Shown: positions 1-12,232, counted from the stretch's first letter. The stretch is 64,000 bases of DNA from Octopus vulgaris (GCA_951406725.2 OX597830.1:74710001-74774000), one strand, 5' to 3'. Notes: generated by a model not told the origin, from the letters alone. Numbers and translations: made by a program.

Positions 1-164
1 TTCGCTCTCATTCTTTCACACATACATACACACACACACGTATTTATACATATAAGAATACATTATTCCTATATACATATTTATAAATCCTAACTACATA
101 TATATGAATACGGATCAATACACGTGTTTGTGTGTATCTATAAAACTATAAATACGTAAATATA

Positions 165-214
<50 letters not shown>

Positions 215-234
215 GCAAATATGTATAAATAAAC

Positions 235-265
<31 letters not shown>

Positions 266-865
266 TTGTCTAATAGATTGACAGATACAAAAAGATGCAT
301 ATATACATAGATAGGTATTATATATATATGAATATGTGTGAACATGCGTCTGTACGCATTTGTGCTGCGTTGATACTCTAGGCACAGGGAAACTGTGGTA
401 TTCTAGCTCAGCCATTAAAAAACATGGCTACAATCAAGGCAGACCAGCTTTTAACCAATGCGTTGATCCAAGGAGAGTATCTAGTTACACCGAAAATACT
501 GAAATTTCAAGTAAAAACATTGGATGTCTGATCAGAGAAAGGGAGTGCTTGTAACGAGAACTCTGAATTCGCCGGTCCTACTTGGACACAGCCACGCAGC
601 TTGGAATGAGCGAAAGTTTAAAAAAAAGCAAACACATACACACACTCGCACGCACACACACGCACACATACGCAATCACATAAACGCGCGCACACGTGCT
701 TACCCTTAGATTGATTTGTGATTGCTTAGGATGCGTTTCGTGAATCTTTCTTCATTATACAAGTAAACGGTCGACAAAAATCGCAAAGCACTTAGTGCGT
801 ACCGAGATGATCGCAACATTGTAATTAACACAAACGGCCACTTTCATATGTTTGTGTTTTCTTAG

Positions 866-917
<52 letters not shown>

Positions 918-1011
918 GTATATGCTTATATATGAAGACATACATATATATCTATCTCTATATATATAACATATGTGTGCATATGAATATATTATACATG
1001 CATATATATGC

Positions 1012-1061
<50 letters not shown>

Positions 1062-1959
1062 TATATATATATACACACACATGCATATATATATATGCTT
1101 ATAATTATAAATGTATGTATTTGTGAATATGTATATCTGTATATATACATATGTACATATATATACATATCTGTATGAAATATTTGTAAATATATACAGA
1201 CGTAATAAAAAAAAATAATATATAAAAATCGTTTATATATATATATGTAAAAATCAGTATGAAATAAGCATACATACATATATGCATACATAGCCTTGTA
1301 GCGTCTGTAAGAAATGTGGAATATGGTTGTAGTTTGGAAAATACCAAAAGCAAAAAGAAAAAAAAAATTAGCTAAACCCCTTCGAAATATTAACGAAAAC
1401 AATAACTCTCAGACACCCACTCACCCACCCACCCGCCGCCCTCGTTCCCACCATACCGAGAAAAACAAAAAATAAAACACACAAACACGGAATAAAGCCA
1501 ACCGTAAGCAAAACCAAAAAACGAACAGAATTGCTATTTATTTTATTACTACAATACAAACCTGTAATTCAATAATTCCGTCGAACTACAAATCTATTCT
1601 GGCGAATTTTATTTGGAAAATATTGAGATAAAGGACTTTATGTTTCCACCGTTGAGTTTCTTCCGCCACCACCACCACCACCGGCAACACTTTTATCTAT
1701 TTATTCTCTCTCTTTTCTCTTCAGTTAGTTTCTTTCTCTCTCAGGCGCACGTATCCACACTATTTCTGTTATTTTCTCTCTATTTCTGTTTTTCTCTCTG
1801 TATCAACGTATTTCTAAATACATCTATCGAAAATACTCACAATATATTATGTGTGTTTGCATTTATGATTCTATGCATATGCTTCTTTATAAATGCCTTT
1901 ATACACATGTATACATATATGTTAAGGTGTGTGTATGTAGGCATACATATGTATGTATG

Positions 1960-1989
<30 letters not shown>

Positions 1990-2004
<15 letters not shown>

Positions 2005-2146
2005 AAATATATAAACGTATATATATATATATATATAAATATATAAACGTATATATATATATATATATATATATAAATATATAAACGTATATATATATAT
2101 ATATATATATAAATATATAAACGTATATATATATATATATATATAT
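1990..2146. repeat. Higher-order microsatellite: four copies of TAAATATATAAACGT separated by (AT)n
   Basis: Unit ATATAAATATATAAACGT(AT)n repeated four times inside a (TA)n tract. Confidence 0.85.
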
Positions 2147-2342
2147 AGACAGAAAGAGAGAGGGAGGGAGTGAAAATAGATACAAAGATAGATGGATTGA
2201 TAGATATGTATAAGCACACAGATTTATGTATATAAATATATATTTATTTATATGTGTGTGTGTATTTACGCATATCCATCTATCTTTGTATCTATCTTTC
2301 TCTCCCTCCTCTCTCTCTGTCTATATATGTATGTATACATGT

Positions 2343-2401
<59 letters not shown>

Positions 2402-2574
2402 GATAGATAGATATGCATACATATGTGCACACATTAATATATATTATATATGTATTGTATGTGTGTATGTATCGAAGAAATTTATGTAATTACTACTAGC
2501 TTCGAGACACAAAACTCAATATAATTACATATTAAATTTTTTGAGGTTATCAAAGTATTCAAACATCTCAAAGG

Positions 2575-2830
2575 AGCTAGCAGTTTCATCCCTTGAGTGA
2601 ATCCTCAGTTCGAGGAAATTTATTGTTTCTCTTTCAGTGTTATGTTTTTTTTCTTTCTGTATTCTTCTGCTTTTGGTTCTTATGAAGTCAGTACAAATAA
2701 ATAGTAACCTTTATTTGCAGGTATTAAAGTGATAAATTCTAGCACATGCTCTTCGTTTCATGCCAATCCTGAAATTTCTTTTTTTCACTTTTTTCTCTCT
2801 TGCTGCAGTTTATCATAAACGTACGCCACC
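2575..2830 (-). mobile_element. Decayed Penelope-like remnant with hammerhead-like core
   Basis: Minus strand reads CTGAGGA-ttcactcaagggat-GAAA-ctg at 2608-2581. The upstream minus-strand sequence is A-rich, stop-riddled and coding-like (YHFNTCK), loosely like a GIY-YIG C-terminus. Confidence 0.3.
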
Positions 2831-3134
2831 TTCTATTTATCTGTCTTGTTAGCTTCTCTATCTCTCTATCTGTATATACATATATACGTACACACATATA
2901 TATATGTATGCATGCATAGATATATATATATATGCACATATGCATATATATGTGTATATATATATATATATATATGTATGCATGTATACATATGTATATA
3001 TATGTATAAATATGTATATATAAATGTATATATATATATGTATATATGTATATATATATGTATATATATGTATATATGTATATATATATGTATATATATA
3101 TATGTATATATATATATATGTATATATGTATATA

Positions 3135-3232
<98 letters not shown>

Positions 3233-3940
3233 CATATACATATACATATGCATGTACGTACGTATGTATATGTGTCCGTATCCATTTGTCCGTCTGCTTT
3301 TTATATGACAGTATTTAGTGCATTTTTTTTTAGTGAAAATTGATTTAGGAAACAGGGCCCTATGCATATGTGCCTGAAAATCCTATTTGTTTGCTTGAGC
3401 ACCAAATTCCCAAGGATAATTTAAAAAAAAAAAATGTAAATGCACCACCGACTTCACTGCGTCCATCTTACCGACATTTGGCATTGCTTAACTTCCTTCT
3501 TTAATCCTCCATTTTTCATTTGAGGGTATTTTTTGTGTTTTGTATTCACCATACACTCCCGTTTTTCTTTTTTCTGTTCAGATCTTTTATTCATATTTAC
3601 GTTTTGTATAAAATCTCTGTATTGTTGTCGTCGTTGTTGTTATTGTTGTTGTAGTTCTTTTGTATTTTTAAATTAAATATATTGGGTCTTGATTTGCAAT
3701 TTTTCTCTATTGTTTTAATATTGTGTTGGTATGTTTTTCTTTTTTCAAAACAATCTTTTCGTTTTGTTCCAGTATTTTTTTTTCATTCCTTGATTTTTTC
3801 TTTCATTTCTTCCTTTCTCTGTATCTGTCAATTTATTTCTTTTGTGTTTGATGTAGAGTTTAACCCGTTTTCTAGTTTTTGCTTTTGTATTCTATAAACG
3901 TGTACCTTCGTACATTTGTCATGTGAATTAAGTACGTAAG

Positions 3941-3974
<34 letters not shown>

Positions 3975-4211
3975 GTTGTATGTTTGTTATGTGTGTGTGC
4001 GTGTTTGTGTGTGTGCGTGTGTGTGTGTGAGTGTGTGTCTCTATATATACACATATATATTTATAAATATATGTGTATTTATATTTACACTGTTTAGTTT
4101 ACCCAGTTTCACTCTCGAAGTTTTGTCAAATCGAGGCTTTTGTAACAGACTATTGTCCATGTGATTCCTCAATGGGATCGAATCCCTAAGCAGGAGGTCA
4201 ATAATAATAAT

Positions 4212-4246
<35 letters not shown>

Positions 4247-4271
4247 GTGATGATGATGAAATCAAATTTAG

Positions 4272-4390
4272 ATTTCATCGAACTCCAGTGTTTAACTGGT
4301 GCATATTTTATCGACCCCGAAAAGATGAAAAGCAAAGTCGATCCCAGCAGCATTGGAACTCAGAGTGCGAAGACAAGCCTCTAAGCAATA
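4272..4390 (-). mobile_element. SINE family B, degenerate fragment
   Basis: ttatcgaccccgaaaagatgaaaagcaaagtcga matches the reverse complement of the family B core at 6331-6365. Confidence 0.75.
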
Positions 4391-4398
4391 ATGATAAT

Positions 4399-4632
4399 GA
4401 TCTTTTCTATTATAGACAAAAGGTCTGAAATTTTGGTCGTGGTCGTCGTGGTGGGGATGGGACCAATCGATTACATCGATCCCAGTGTTTGTCTGGTACT
4501 TAATTTATCGACTCCAATAGAATGAATGGCAATGTCGTCCTCGGCGGAATTTGAACTCAGAACGTAAAGACGGGCAACGTACCGCTAAGCATTTTGCCCG
4601 GTGTGCTAACGATTCTGCCAGCTCACCGACTT
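4399..4632 (-). mobile_element. SINE family B (tail type 2)
   Basis: Head (gctaacgattctgccagctcaccg), B-box (ggaatttgaactc) and core all match 6238-6410 in reverse. Confidence 0.88.
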
Positions 4633-4742
4633 AGATAATAATTATGATGATGATGATGTTGATGATGATTATGATGGTGATGTAATAATAATAATAATAA
4701 TAATAATAATTATAATTATTTTTATTATTATTATTATTATCA

Positions 4743-4776
<34 letters not shown>

Positions 4777-4796
4777 CATCATCATCATCATCATCA

Positions 4797-4861
<65 letters not shown>

Positions 4862-4881
4862 GTTATTAGAGTTATAGTAAT

Positions 4882-5614
4882 AAACAAAATGAAACCATCG
4901 ATCATGTTATCTCCATGTGCAGTCTTCTTGCGCCTACAGAGTATCTCAACAGGCATGATAGTGCTGCATAATATTTTCACTGGGTAATTGGCAAAAATTT
5001 GACCTGTCCTATGATAAAAAAACTGGTGGGAACAAAAACCACCTCCAGTGCTCGAAAATAACCACGTCTCACTCCTCTAGATCTTCACCGTTCAACTAAC
5101 AGAGAGATAGATGCGAATAGGCCAGGCATTATAATGAAGGACTTCAGACAAAAATCATGCCCCCTCATTGACATAACTGTCCCAGTCGACATCAACGTAT
5201 CTGGGAAAACCTACCAAGAACTGAGCTAGTATAAAGATCTTGAAATAGAAATTGGCAAAATGTGGTACCTCAAGACTAAAACAATATCTGTTGTCATAAG
5301 TGCCCTAGAGATGATAGCAAAAGGGCCTGATTGTTACCTAGCTCAGATACCTGGAAATCCCCAAATGGCAGAAATTCAAAAGATAGTGCTCATGGGAACT
5401 GCCCTTATGCTACGTAAAATATTTTCTATGTAATCTCAAATTTTAAAACAAAATTATCTTGTTTTCTTAAACATTCTCTAGAACAATATTTTCTGCAAAA
5501 CCATATATATGACTCCCCAAGCATAACATCAGCCTGAACTTCTAACTTGTCTCTCGAGGTCTCTGGGTGAGACTTGGAGACAGCTTGTACAAATACAAAA
5601 CAAAAGTCAAACAT
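4882..5614 (+). mobile_element. 5'-truncated, decayed R4/Dong-clade non-LTR retrotransposon 3' end (zinc knuckle, restriction-like endonuclease, 3' UTR)
   Basis: Translation across stops and frameshifts gives ETIDHVISMC...EYLNRHD, NRPGII...LIDITVP...YKDLEIEIGKMW, QKIVLMGTALMLRKIFSM* (TAA 5431-5433). This is the CCHC tail, RHD and PD-(D/E)xK layout of RLE LINEs, with PD mutated to PG. The 3' UTR runs into (AAT/GAT)n. Confidence 0.9.
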
Positions 5615-5659
5615 ATTATAATAATGATGATGATCATGATCATAATGATAATAATAATG

Positions 5660-5698
<39 letters not shown>

Positions 5699-5769
5699 TA
5701 ATAATAATAATATGTATTTTAATTTAACTTTAAAATAAAAATGATCGAACTATTGAGTTTAGTTTAATG

Positions 5770-5872
5770 GCCTACCAATGTATACTATGAGTGTCTTTGC
5801 CCTAGGAGTCGGGAAGACACTCGGCAAGAAATGGAAGCAAATTTGAAAGAAGAAAAAAAAAAAAATAATAAT
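5770..5872 (+). mobile_element. Probable extreme 3' terminus of a second RLE-type LINE family
   Basis: Stem GAGTGTCTT (5789-5797) / AAGACACTC (5814-5822), then an A-rich tract and AAT repeats. It parallels the stem-loop in the 3' UTR at about 5549-5582. Confidence 0.4.
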
Positions 5873-6237
5873 GACAGATCACACACAATAACAGGAATAT
5901 TACCGTGTAAGTGTACAAACTGTAAGTAATACAGATGCATTTCGTATACCAGCTCAGCCAATTTCAGTCCCTTCCATAAAATATCCTAGTCTTACTCTTA
6001 CTGCCTTCTCTCTGAGATGCATATACTACATCTGACACCAACCTGTATGATAAAATATAACAACATTGTACTAATTAATTATTTACGCGGCAGTACAAAA
6101 TGATTATCACGTTATAGAGAACGAGCTGAACAAGTTAGGAATTAATTCTAGTGGACTAGTGTCGATTTTAAACCACTACAGAAGTTAAGAAACATGTCTA
6201 TATAAGACACTTTTAGAGCGATATAATATCACTTCAC

Positions 6238-6469
6238 AAGGCGGCGAGCTGGCAGAAACGTTAGCACGCCGGGCGAAATGCGCGGCCGTTTTCCGTCTGC
6301 CGTTACGTTCTGAGTTCAAATTCCGCCGAGGTCGACTTTGCCTTTCATCCTTTCGGGGTCGATAAATTAAGTACCAGTTACGCACTGGGGTCGATGTAAT
6401 CGACTTAATCCGTTTGTCTGTCCTTGTTTGTCCACTCTGTGTTTAGCCCCTTGTGGGTAGTAAAGAAAT
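6238..6469 (+). mobile_element. SINE family B, full-length young copy (tail type 1) with 17-bp target-site duplication
   Basis: tRNA-like head with A-box (TGGCAGAAACG) and B-box (GAGTTCAAATTCC). Core GCCTTTCATCCTTTCGGGGTCGATAAATTAAGTACCAG resembles the Meta domain. ATATAATATCACTTCAC is duplicated at 6221-6237 and 6470-6486. Confidence 0.95.
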
Positions 6470-6907
6470 ATATAATATCACTTCACCTAAAACATTTACA
6501 GATTATGGATAAAGGTAATCCATAGCTATCGAATTTCTGGAATACAAGTCGACGTATTATGTATTATGTAGAGTAAATATGAACAGTAACAGTTCAAGCG
6601 TTGTTAGTGTTTTCTCAAATCTTGCTTAATTTCACATGAAACTTTTGCTCCTCCAGCATCATCCTACTGATGTTGGCTGTTAATTTTGGTCTGAAAAGTC
6701 AGGCTTGCTTTCCAGAAAGTACTTTACATTCTAGGAAAATAGAAATACTAGGATCAGCAAATATCGTTAGATTGCATCTTCGTCAGTTTTCGGAAAAAAG
6801 AATATTGAGTTGTTCGCTAAAACTGAATTGCCCTGTTTATTGAATTAACGAGTAAGCGCCTGAACATCACACACTTGCGCGCGCAAGCAGCGGGCTGCCA
6901 GAAATGT

Positions 6908-7027
6908 TCCTTCTATCAAATCCACTCGGATCTTAGAGCAGAAGACCCTTGCCTAAGGAGCAGTACAGAGAAACTGACCACCCAAAACCACGTACTCGCA
7001 AAGCGAGCTTCTTAACCCCTCAGCCAT
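6908..7027 (-). mobile_element. SINE family A head, highly degenerate
   Basis: caaatccactc...agaagacccttgcctaagg...gagcttcttaacccctcagcca aligns with 21495-21626. Confidence 0.6.
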
Positions 7028-7239
7028 CTATAACTGCTGTCCATAGATTTATTGGTATTTGCCAAGGTTTACTGAATTGTTTTTTAAAAAAGGTAATTTA
7101 TATTCAAAATCTGTAACAAAGAGGATAATAATAATATTTTAAAGCTTAAACCTTATAAGCTATCACCGTTTTTTGACTGAAGAAAATAATCTAGTATTAA
7201 AACATATAGGCCCTCGACGGAAAAAAATAGTGGATTTAC

Positions 7240-7310
7240 CGTAAGCATAGGATTCGAACCTACACCTCTTATATTCACGAAAAGCGTGCTAACCATTACA
7301 CCAACGTATA
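7240..7310 (-). pseudogene. tRNA-like sequence (pseudogene or orphan SINE head)
   Basis: Minus strand has D-arm GTGT-AATGGTTA-GCAC, anticodon arm ctttt-CGTGAAT-ataag and T-arm GTAGG-TTCGAAT-CCTAT. The acceptor stem does not pair and U33 is missing. Confidence 0.7.
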
Positions 7311-8501
7311 TATCAATTATCGCAGAGGTGGTAATATGTTCAACCAGCTGCCAAACACGCTTGAGTCAGGTTAAGTAGAATGTAAAATGCTTTTGCTAAT
7401 TGTTTAATTATTTTTTTTTGTCTGTGTATAGTGTGGGTCACGGATGATCATTCCACTACCCCCACTTCCCTTTGATAACTGAACATCTAGATTGTAACAG
7501 CTGAAGTGAAAGAGCTCTACACCAACGGCTCAGTTGGTGCCCCTTCTCAGGTGAGTCAACTAGGGCAAACAAACGTGAATTACAGTTACTTGTTTAAGGT
7601 CTCAACGCGCCACCCAGTCAGGAATCGGATCAACGAATATGTTGCACCGAAACCATAGCCAACAGATTACGCACCTGCGCAATAATGACGATGATAATGA
7701 AGACGGTGATTGCCGTGGTGGTGTTGTTGGTGGTGTTGTTGTTGGTGGTGTTGTTGGCGGTGGTGGTGACGACGACGATGCATGTGATGATGATGATAAT
7801 GATAGTAATAACTATAATAGCGCAACGTTAATAATAGTTTTATCTTTATATTATTAAAAAGGCAATAATGATAATTCATTGTAATGATTTATTTTATTGT
7901 CACAAGGATGACAACAGATGGGGTCCATTACATGTTATGATTATGATGATGATGATAATAGTGATGGTGGTGGTGATGGTGGTGTTAGTAGTAGTAGTAG
8001 TAGTCGTGTTGGTAGTAGTAATTGTAGTAGTAAGTAGAAAATGTTTGTCACAATGAAACTATTTGTTTTACAAAGAGAGAGAATCCAATCCATTGTTTCG
8101 ATGTTGTTTAATAAAGCGGGTTAGGGAAGACGTTAGTTGAATAACTGCTAGGTCAATCACCAAATAACCAGATAAAACCCTGGAATAATGACCAAGAATA
8201 ATAGCGAAAAACTGTGATAGTAACAGCTAATGCATGTCTACCTACGAAGACCTCCCACAACTCCAAATTACAATCAAAATTGCCAAAAAGGTTTTATATG
8301 TGCAAACATATATATTGCTTTCAAATTTTGACACAAAGCCAGCAATTTCATGCTGTGACTGTATGGTAAGACGTTTGTGCCCCAAACACATTGGTCAGTA
8401 GTCATCTGCGACAGCTTGGTCTGAACGTAACCTTTTGATTGTATTCAGTAGAAGGAAATTAAACGATACTTAGCGTGTATACATACGTCCATACCTACCT
8501 A

Positions 8502-8775
8502 CATCATTTACATTTACAATTGACGGATATTCGTCCTCATCTTGTTTGTTTTTAACACAACGTTTCGGCTGATATACCCTCCAGACTTCATCACGTGTCT
8601 TGGGAACATTTCGAACCTGGATTCTCATTCCGAAGTTATTTTTCGATGTTGTTGTTGTTGTTGTTGTTATTATCATTATTATTATTATTATTATTATTCA
8701 CGTCACTGCCTGGAATCGAACTCGGAATCTTGGGGTTAGTAGCCCGCGCTCTTGACCACTACTCCATTGTCTGTT
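8502..8775 (-). mobile_element. tRNA-headed short retroposon with (AAT)n linker and hammerhead-bearing 3' module (core C3 mutated)
   Basis: A-box TGGAGTAGTGG (8766-8756), anticodon-like loop CTACTAA, B-box GAGTTCGATTCC (8723-8712), (AAT/AAC)n, then gacac-GTGATGA-agtctgg...cagcc-GAAA-CGTT-gtgtt. Confidence 0.8.
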
Positions 8776-8798
8776 GTGACGTGAATAATAATAATAAC

Positions 8799-8854
<56 letters not shown>

Positions 8855-9064
8855 CAAGAACAACAACAATAATAATAACAACAACAACAACAGCATCGAA
8901 AAATACCTTAGGAATGAGAACCCATGTTCGAAATTTCCCCAAGACATCTGATGAAGGCTGAAGCGTATCTCAGCCGAAACGTTGTGTTAACAACAAACAA
9001 GATGACAAATATCCGTCGAATGTAAATAATGTACATAATTCCTCATGTCTTAAATATAGAACTG
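8776..9064 (+). mobile_element. Inverted, head-less second copy of the same element
   Basis: Starts GTGACGTGAATAAT (reverse complement of 8693-8706). 8894-9030 is a diverged reverse complement of 8510-8648. Confidence 0.88.
8943..8988 (+). ncRNA. Minimal type I hammerhead ribozyme motif (Penelope-like)
   Basis: Stem I GACAT/GTGTT. Core CTGATGA 8948-8954 plus an extra A. Stem II GGCTG (8956-8960)/CAGCC (8971-8975). GAAA 8976-8979. Helix III reduced to the palindrome ACGT. Predicted cleavage after GUU. Confidence 0.72.
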
Positions 9065-9304
9065 TTATACCTACATACATACATACATACTTACATACAT
9101 ACATGCATACATACATACCTACATACATACAAACACACATACGCAAACAGACATTCACTCATGAACACACATTCTCTCTCTCTCTCTCTTTCTCTCTCTG
9201 TCATTCTCTGTCTCTCTTTCTCTCTTTCTCTCTTTCTCTCTCACACACTCACTCACACATCTATGTATATGTTCTTTTGTTATTTAAATTCGTCTTCCCG
9301 CGAC

Positions 9305-9505
9305 CTCTTGACAAACAGCTTTGGTTTGTTTACATCTCCGTGAGTTAAAGGTTCGACGAAAAAGTGACCGATTGATTAAGTACCAGGCTTGGTTATAAAC
9401 ATAAATAAGTACTCGGGTAGATAGGCTCGACAAAACCCGTCATGGCGGCACCTCAACGTGGCCCGCATTCTGATGACCGAATCACGTATAAAAGTATAAA
9501 AGATA
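9305..9505 (+). mobile_element. SINE family A-related 3' half, degenerate
   Basis: cttgacaaacagctttggtttgtttacatctccgt...accgattgattaagtaccaggctt...atgaccgaatcacgtataaaag aligns with 29565-29740. Confidence 0.7.
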
Positions 9506-9727
9506 TAATAGACCGGTGGTCACGGGAATTTCCATTCATCTTGGGTCTGCTCAAACAAGTACACATGTGTGTTCGCAGCTTATAGCAACAACAGCAACAA
9601 CAAATAACAGATCCATTTCCTGGTATTGTTTCCGTATTCTAGCTGTGTGTGAGATTTAGAAGTTGTCCTCCGATTGAGTACAAACAATATTTTTACCGGT
9701 CCCAGCCAACTACTGCTGCTGCTGCCG

Positions 9728-9808
<81 letters not shown>

Positions 9809-10349
9809 AAACTACTACTACTACTACAATACGTCGTGTATTAAAGATACAGTGAATTAATAAAATGAATTAATAACTACTAAGAATGAAAGAAGCGGTG
9901 TTTATTTAAGATTTGAATTATTATTACTATTGATATTATTTTGGGGATTATTATTATTATCATTATTATTATTATTAATATTATTATTATCATTATTATT
10001 ATCGTTATTCGAAAAGAACATCAAAGACACGAAGAAATAATAATAATACAAAATAAATAAAATTATGATAGTGTAAATATGTTTAAGATTATCAGAATGA
10101 TGATGCTATTGCTGCTGCTGATTATGATGATGATGATGATGATGATAATGATTAGAATAAGGAGGAGGAGCAGGAGGATGAAGATGCCGATGATTACTTG
10201 TAAAGGTAATGGATGTTCAATTTTATCGAAATTGTGTTGTCGATTCGCTTGGACGAGAAAATTACCGCCTCGGTGAAAGCATCACCGAATATTAATTAAT
10301 CCTAATTATTATCATCATCATTATTATTATTATCATCATCATCGACATA

Positions 10350-10392
<43 letters not shown>

Positions 10393-10513
10393 GCATATTC
10401 TTTATTAGTCAAAAAAGCGACAGAAATCCAGCAGCAAAATTTAAAGCAACAAAGATGCGAAAACCCGAATAATTGAAGGTATACGTACATAAATACATGC
10501 ATATATACACACG

Positions 10514-10559
<46 letters not shown>

Positions 10560-10695
10560 TACCTACATACTGACATATATACATACTTACACACACATAT
10601 ATATATATATATATATATTTATGTAATTTTAATATACATATATTAAAATTATATTAATATACATATATACATATATTTTAATATACATCTTTGTA

Positions 10696-10840
10696 AGCGT
10701 AGGAGTGGGTTGGCTGTGTGGCTGTTCCGGGTTCAGTCCCATTGTGTGGCACCTTGGGCAAGTCACTTGTACTATAACCTCAGGCCGACCAAATCGTTGT
10801 GAGTGGATTTGGTAGACCAAAACTGAAAGAAGCCCGTTGT
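10696..10840 (+). mobile_element. SINE family A 5' half
   Basis: gcgtaggagtgg...ccgggttcagtccc...ggcaccttgggcaagt...gaaagaagcccg followed by (TA)n. Confidence 0.88.
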
Positions 10841-10880
10841 ATATATATATATATATATCGTTTTTATCTTAATTCGATAT

Positions 10881-11070
10881 AAGGCGTTGAGCCTGGAGGA
10901 CTGTTAGCAGGTCAGGGGAAATGCTTAGCAGAAGTTGATCAGTTTTCTTGTTTGGAATTTAAATGTCGGCATGGTCGACTTTGCCTTGTGACCAATCGGA
11001 GTCGAATGAACCCTTGAAGGCACTGCTCCGGTATGGCTGTAGCCCAATGACTGAACCATGGAAAAGAAGT
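10881..11070 (+). mobile_element. Degenerate SINE with family B head and family A-type tail
   Basis: aaggcgttgagc...gttagcaggtcaggggaaatgcttagc...ggtcgactttgcctt (B) joined to aaggcactgctccggtatggctgtagcccaatgactgaacc (A tail). Confidence 0.6.
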
Positions 11071-11617
11071 TATACGCCTGTGTTTGTGTGAGTGTATGTA
11101 TCTACCGTCAGCCCCTGGTAGGTACAATATTACATCAACCCTAGAATGGACGAAAACATTGAAAAAGATTGGAACACATAATTTACAAAACGTAACCCCC
11201 CAAAAACCGCAAATCGTTTTGTTCGGTGCTCTCCCAATATTTCCATCATGCAAAGGGAACAAGACATTATGCAGCATTTTGTTCTCTTGTTTTCTATTTT
11301 GATTTCGAACTCCACTATGATAAACACTGTTTTCCTTTTTCCTTCCTGGGTCGATATGTTCGACTATAGCACTCCTTAAAAACGTTGTGGCCTTGTATAT
11401 ATCATGATAGAAATCAATAAGGAAAAGGAGTAGATAATATATATTGGCTAACGTTAACAACATCAACTAAAGAATGCAAAAGGCGTAGAGCTTAATCCTT
11501 CTAAGCTGCTAGCAATAATATCGATTAGTTTTGACTAGACGGAACGCCGTCTTGTTGCTTAGAAGAAATCGAATAAGCCGACTGTGAATCGACTTTTCTA
11601 ATATATACGTTGTGGAT

Positions 11618-11685
11618 ATTTAGCCTCAGGTCAGCCCTGAACGAGCAGACCTATCATCAAAGGCGTTCCAACCATGACCATCCTA
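11618..11685 (-). mobile_element. Repeat family C 3' end
   Basis: tttagcctcaggtcagccctgaacgagcagacctatcatcaaaggcgttccaaccatgaccatcc. Related copies near 13358, 17550-17790, 18800-18870, 19000-19075, 23224-23270, 45545-45600, 57830-58060 and 58520-58595, mostly ending in (AAC)n. Confidence 0.7.
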
Positions 11686-11900
11686 ATACATATTAAAAAC
11701 AAATAATAAGAATAACGTATGAATGAACTGGCGACAATATTATCGAATGTGGCAATCCCTATTCCGATTTCTTTTTTTTTTTTTTTCTCTTTTTGTTGTT
11801 TTTGTAATTAGTTTGTAAGAAATGATATCTGAGGAAAACGTGACCGATAAATTTTAGCGTGGCAAAAATTTAAAGATAAATTTGCGCTTTGAATGCATCG

Positions 11901-11901
<1 letters not shown>

Positions 11902-11987
<86 letters not shown>
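11902..11987. repeat. (CA)n microsatellite
   Basis: Uninterrupted CA run of about 85 bp. Confidence 0.97.
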
Positions 11988-11991
<4 letters not shown>

Positions 11992-12232
11992 AACGCACAC
12001 ACTTCAATTCACAGATAGAGTTGTGGTGAAGAGTGCGTACGAGTGCTGAACGCCACACTTGGTGGATAAATATATTCTTTCTGAGTAGATTAACGATGCT
12101 AGCTTTGGTTCCATGCAAAAAGCTTCGCAATTTCAAGCATCCCACTTAGAAATGTTGGTAATCCGTTTCCATAAGTCAATGGTGGCATTATTAATTCACA
12201 AAATAAGAAATATATATATACATACATTCATT

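Noticed and set aside
7240-7310. Functional tRNA gene (likewise 8701-8775, 16180-16253 and 20520-20592)
   Set aside because: None forms a convincing complete cloverleaf by eye, and the latter three continue into SINE bodies.
10939-11466. 175-aa ORF
   Set aside because: Its C-terminal part lies in SINE sequence and the rest has no recognisable motif or convincing splice signals.
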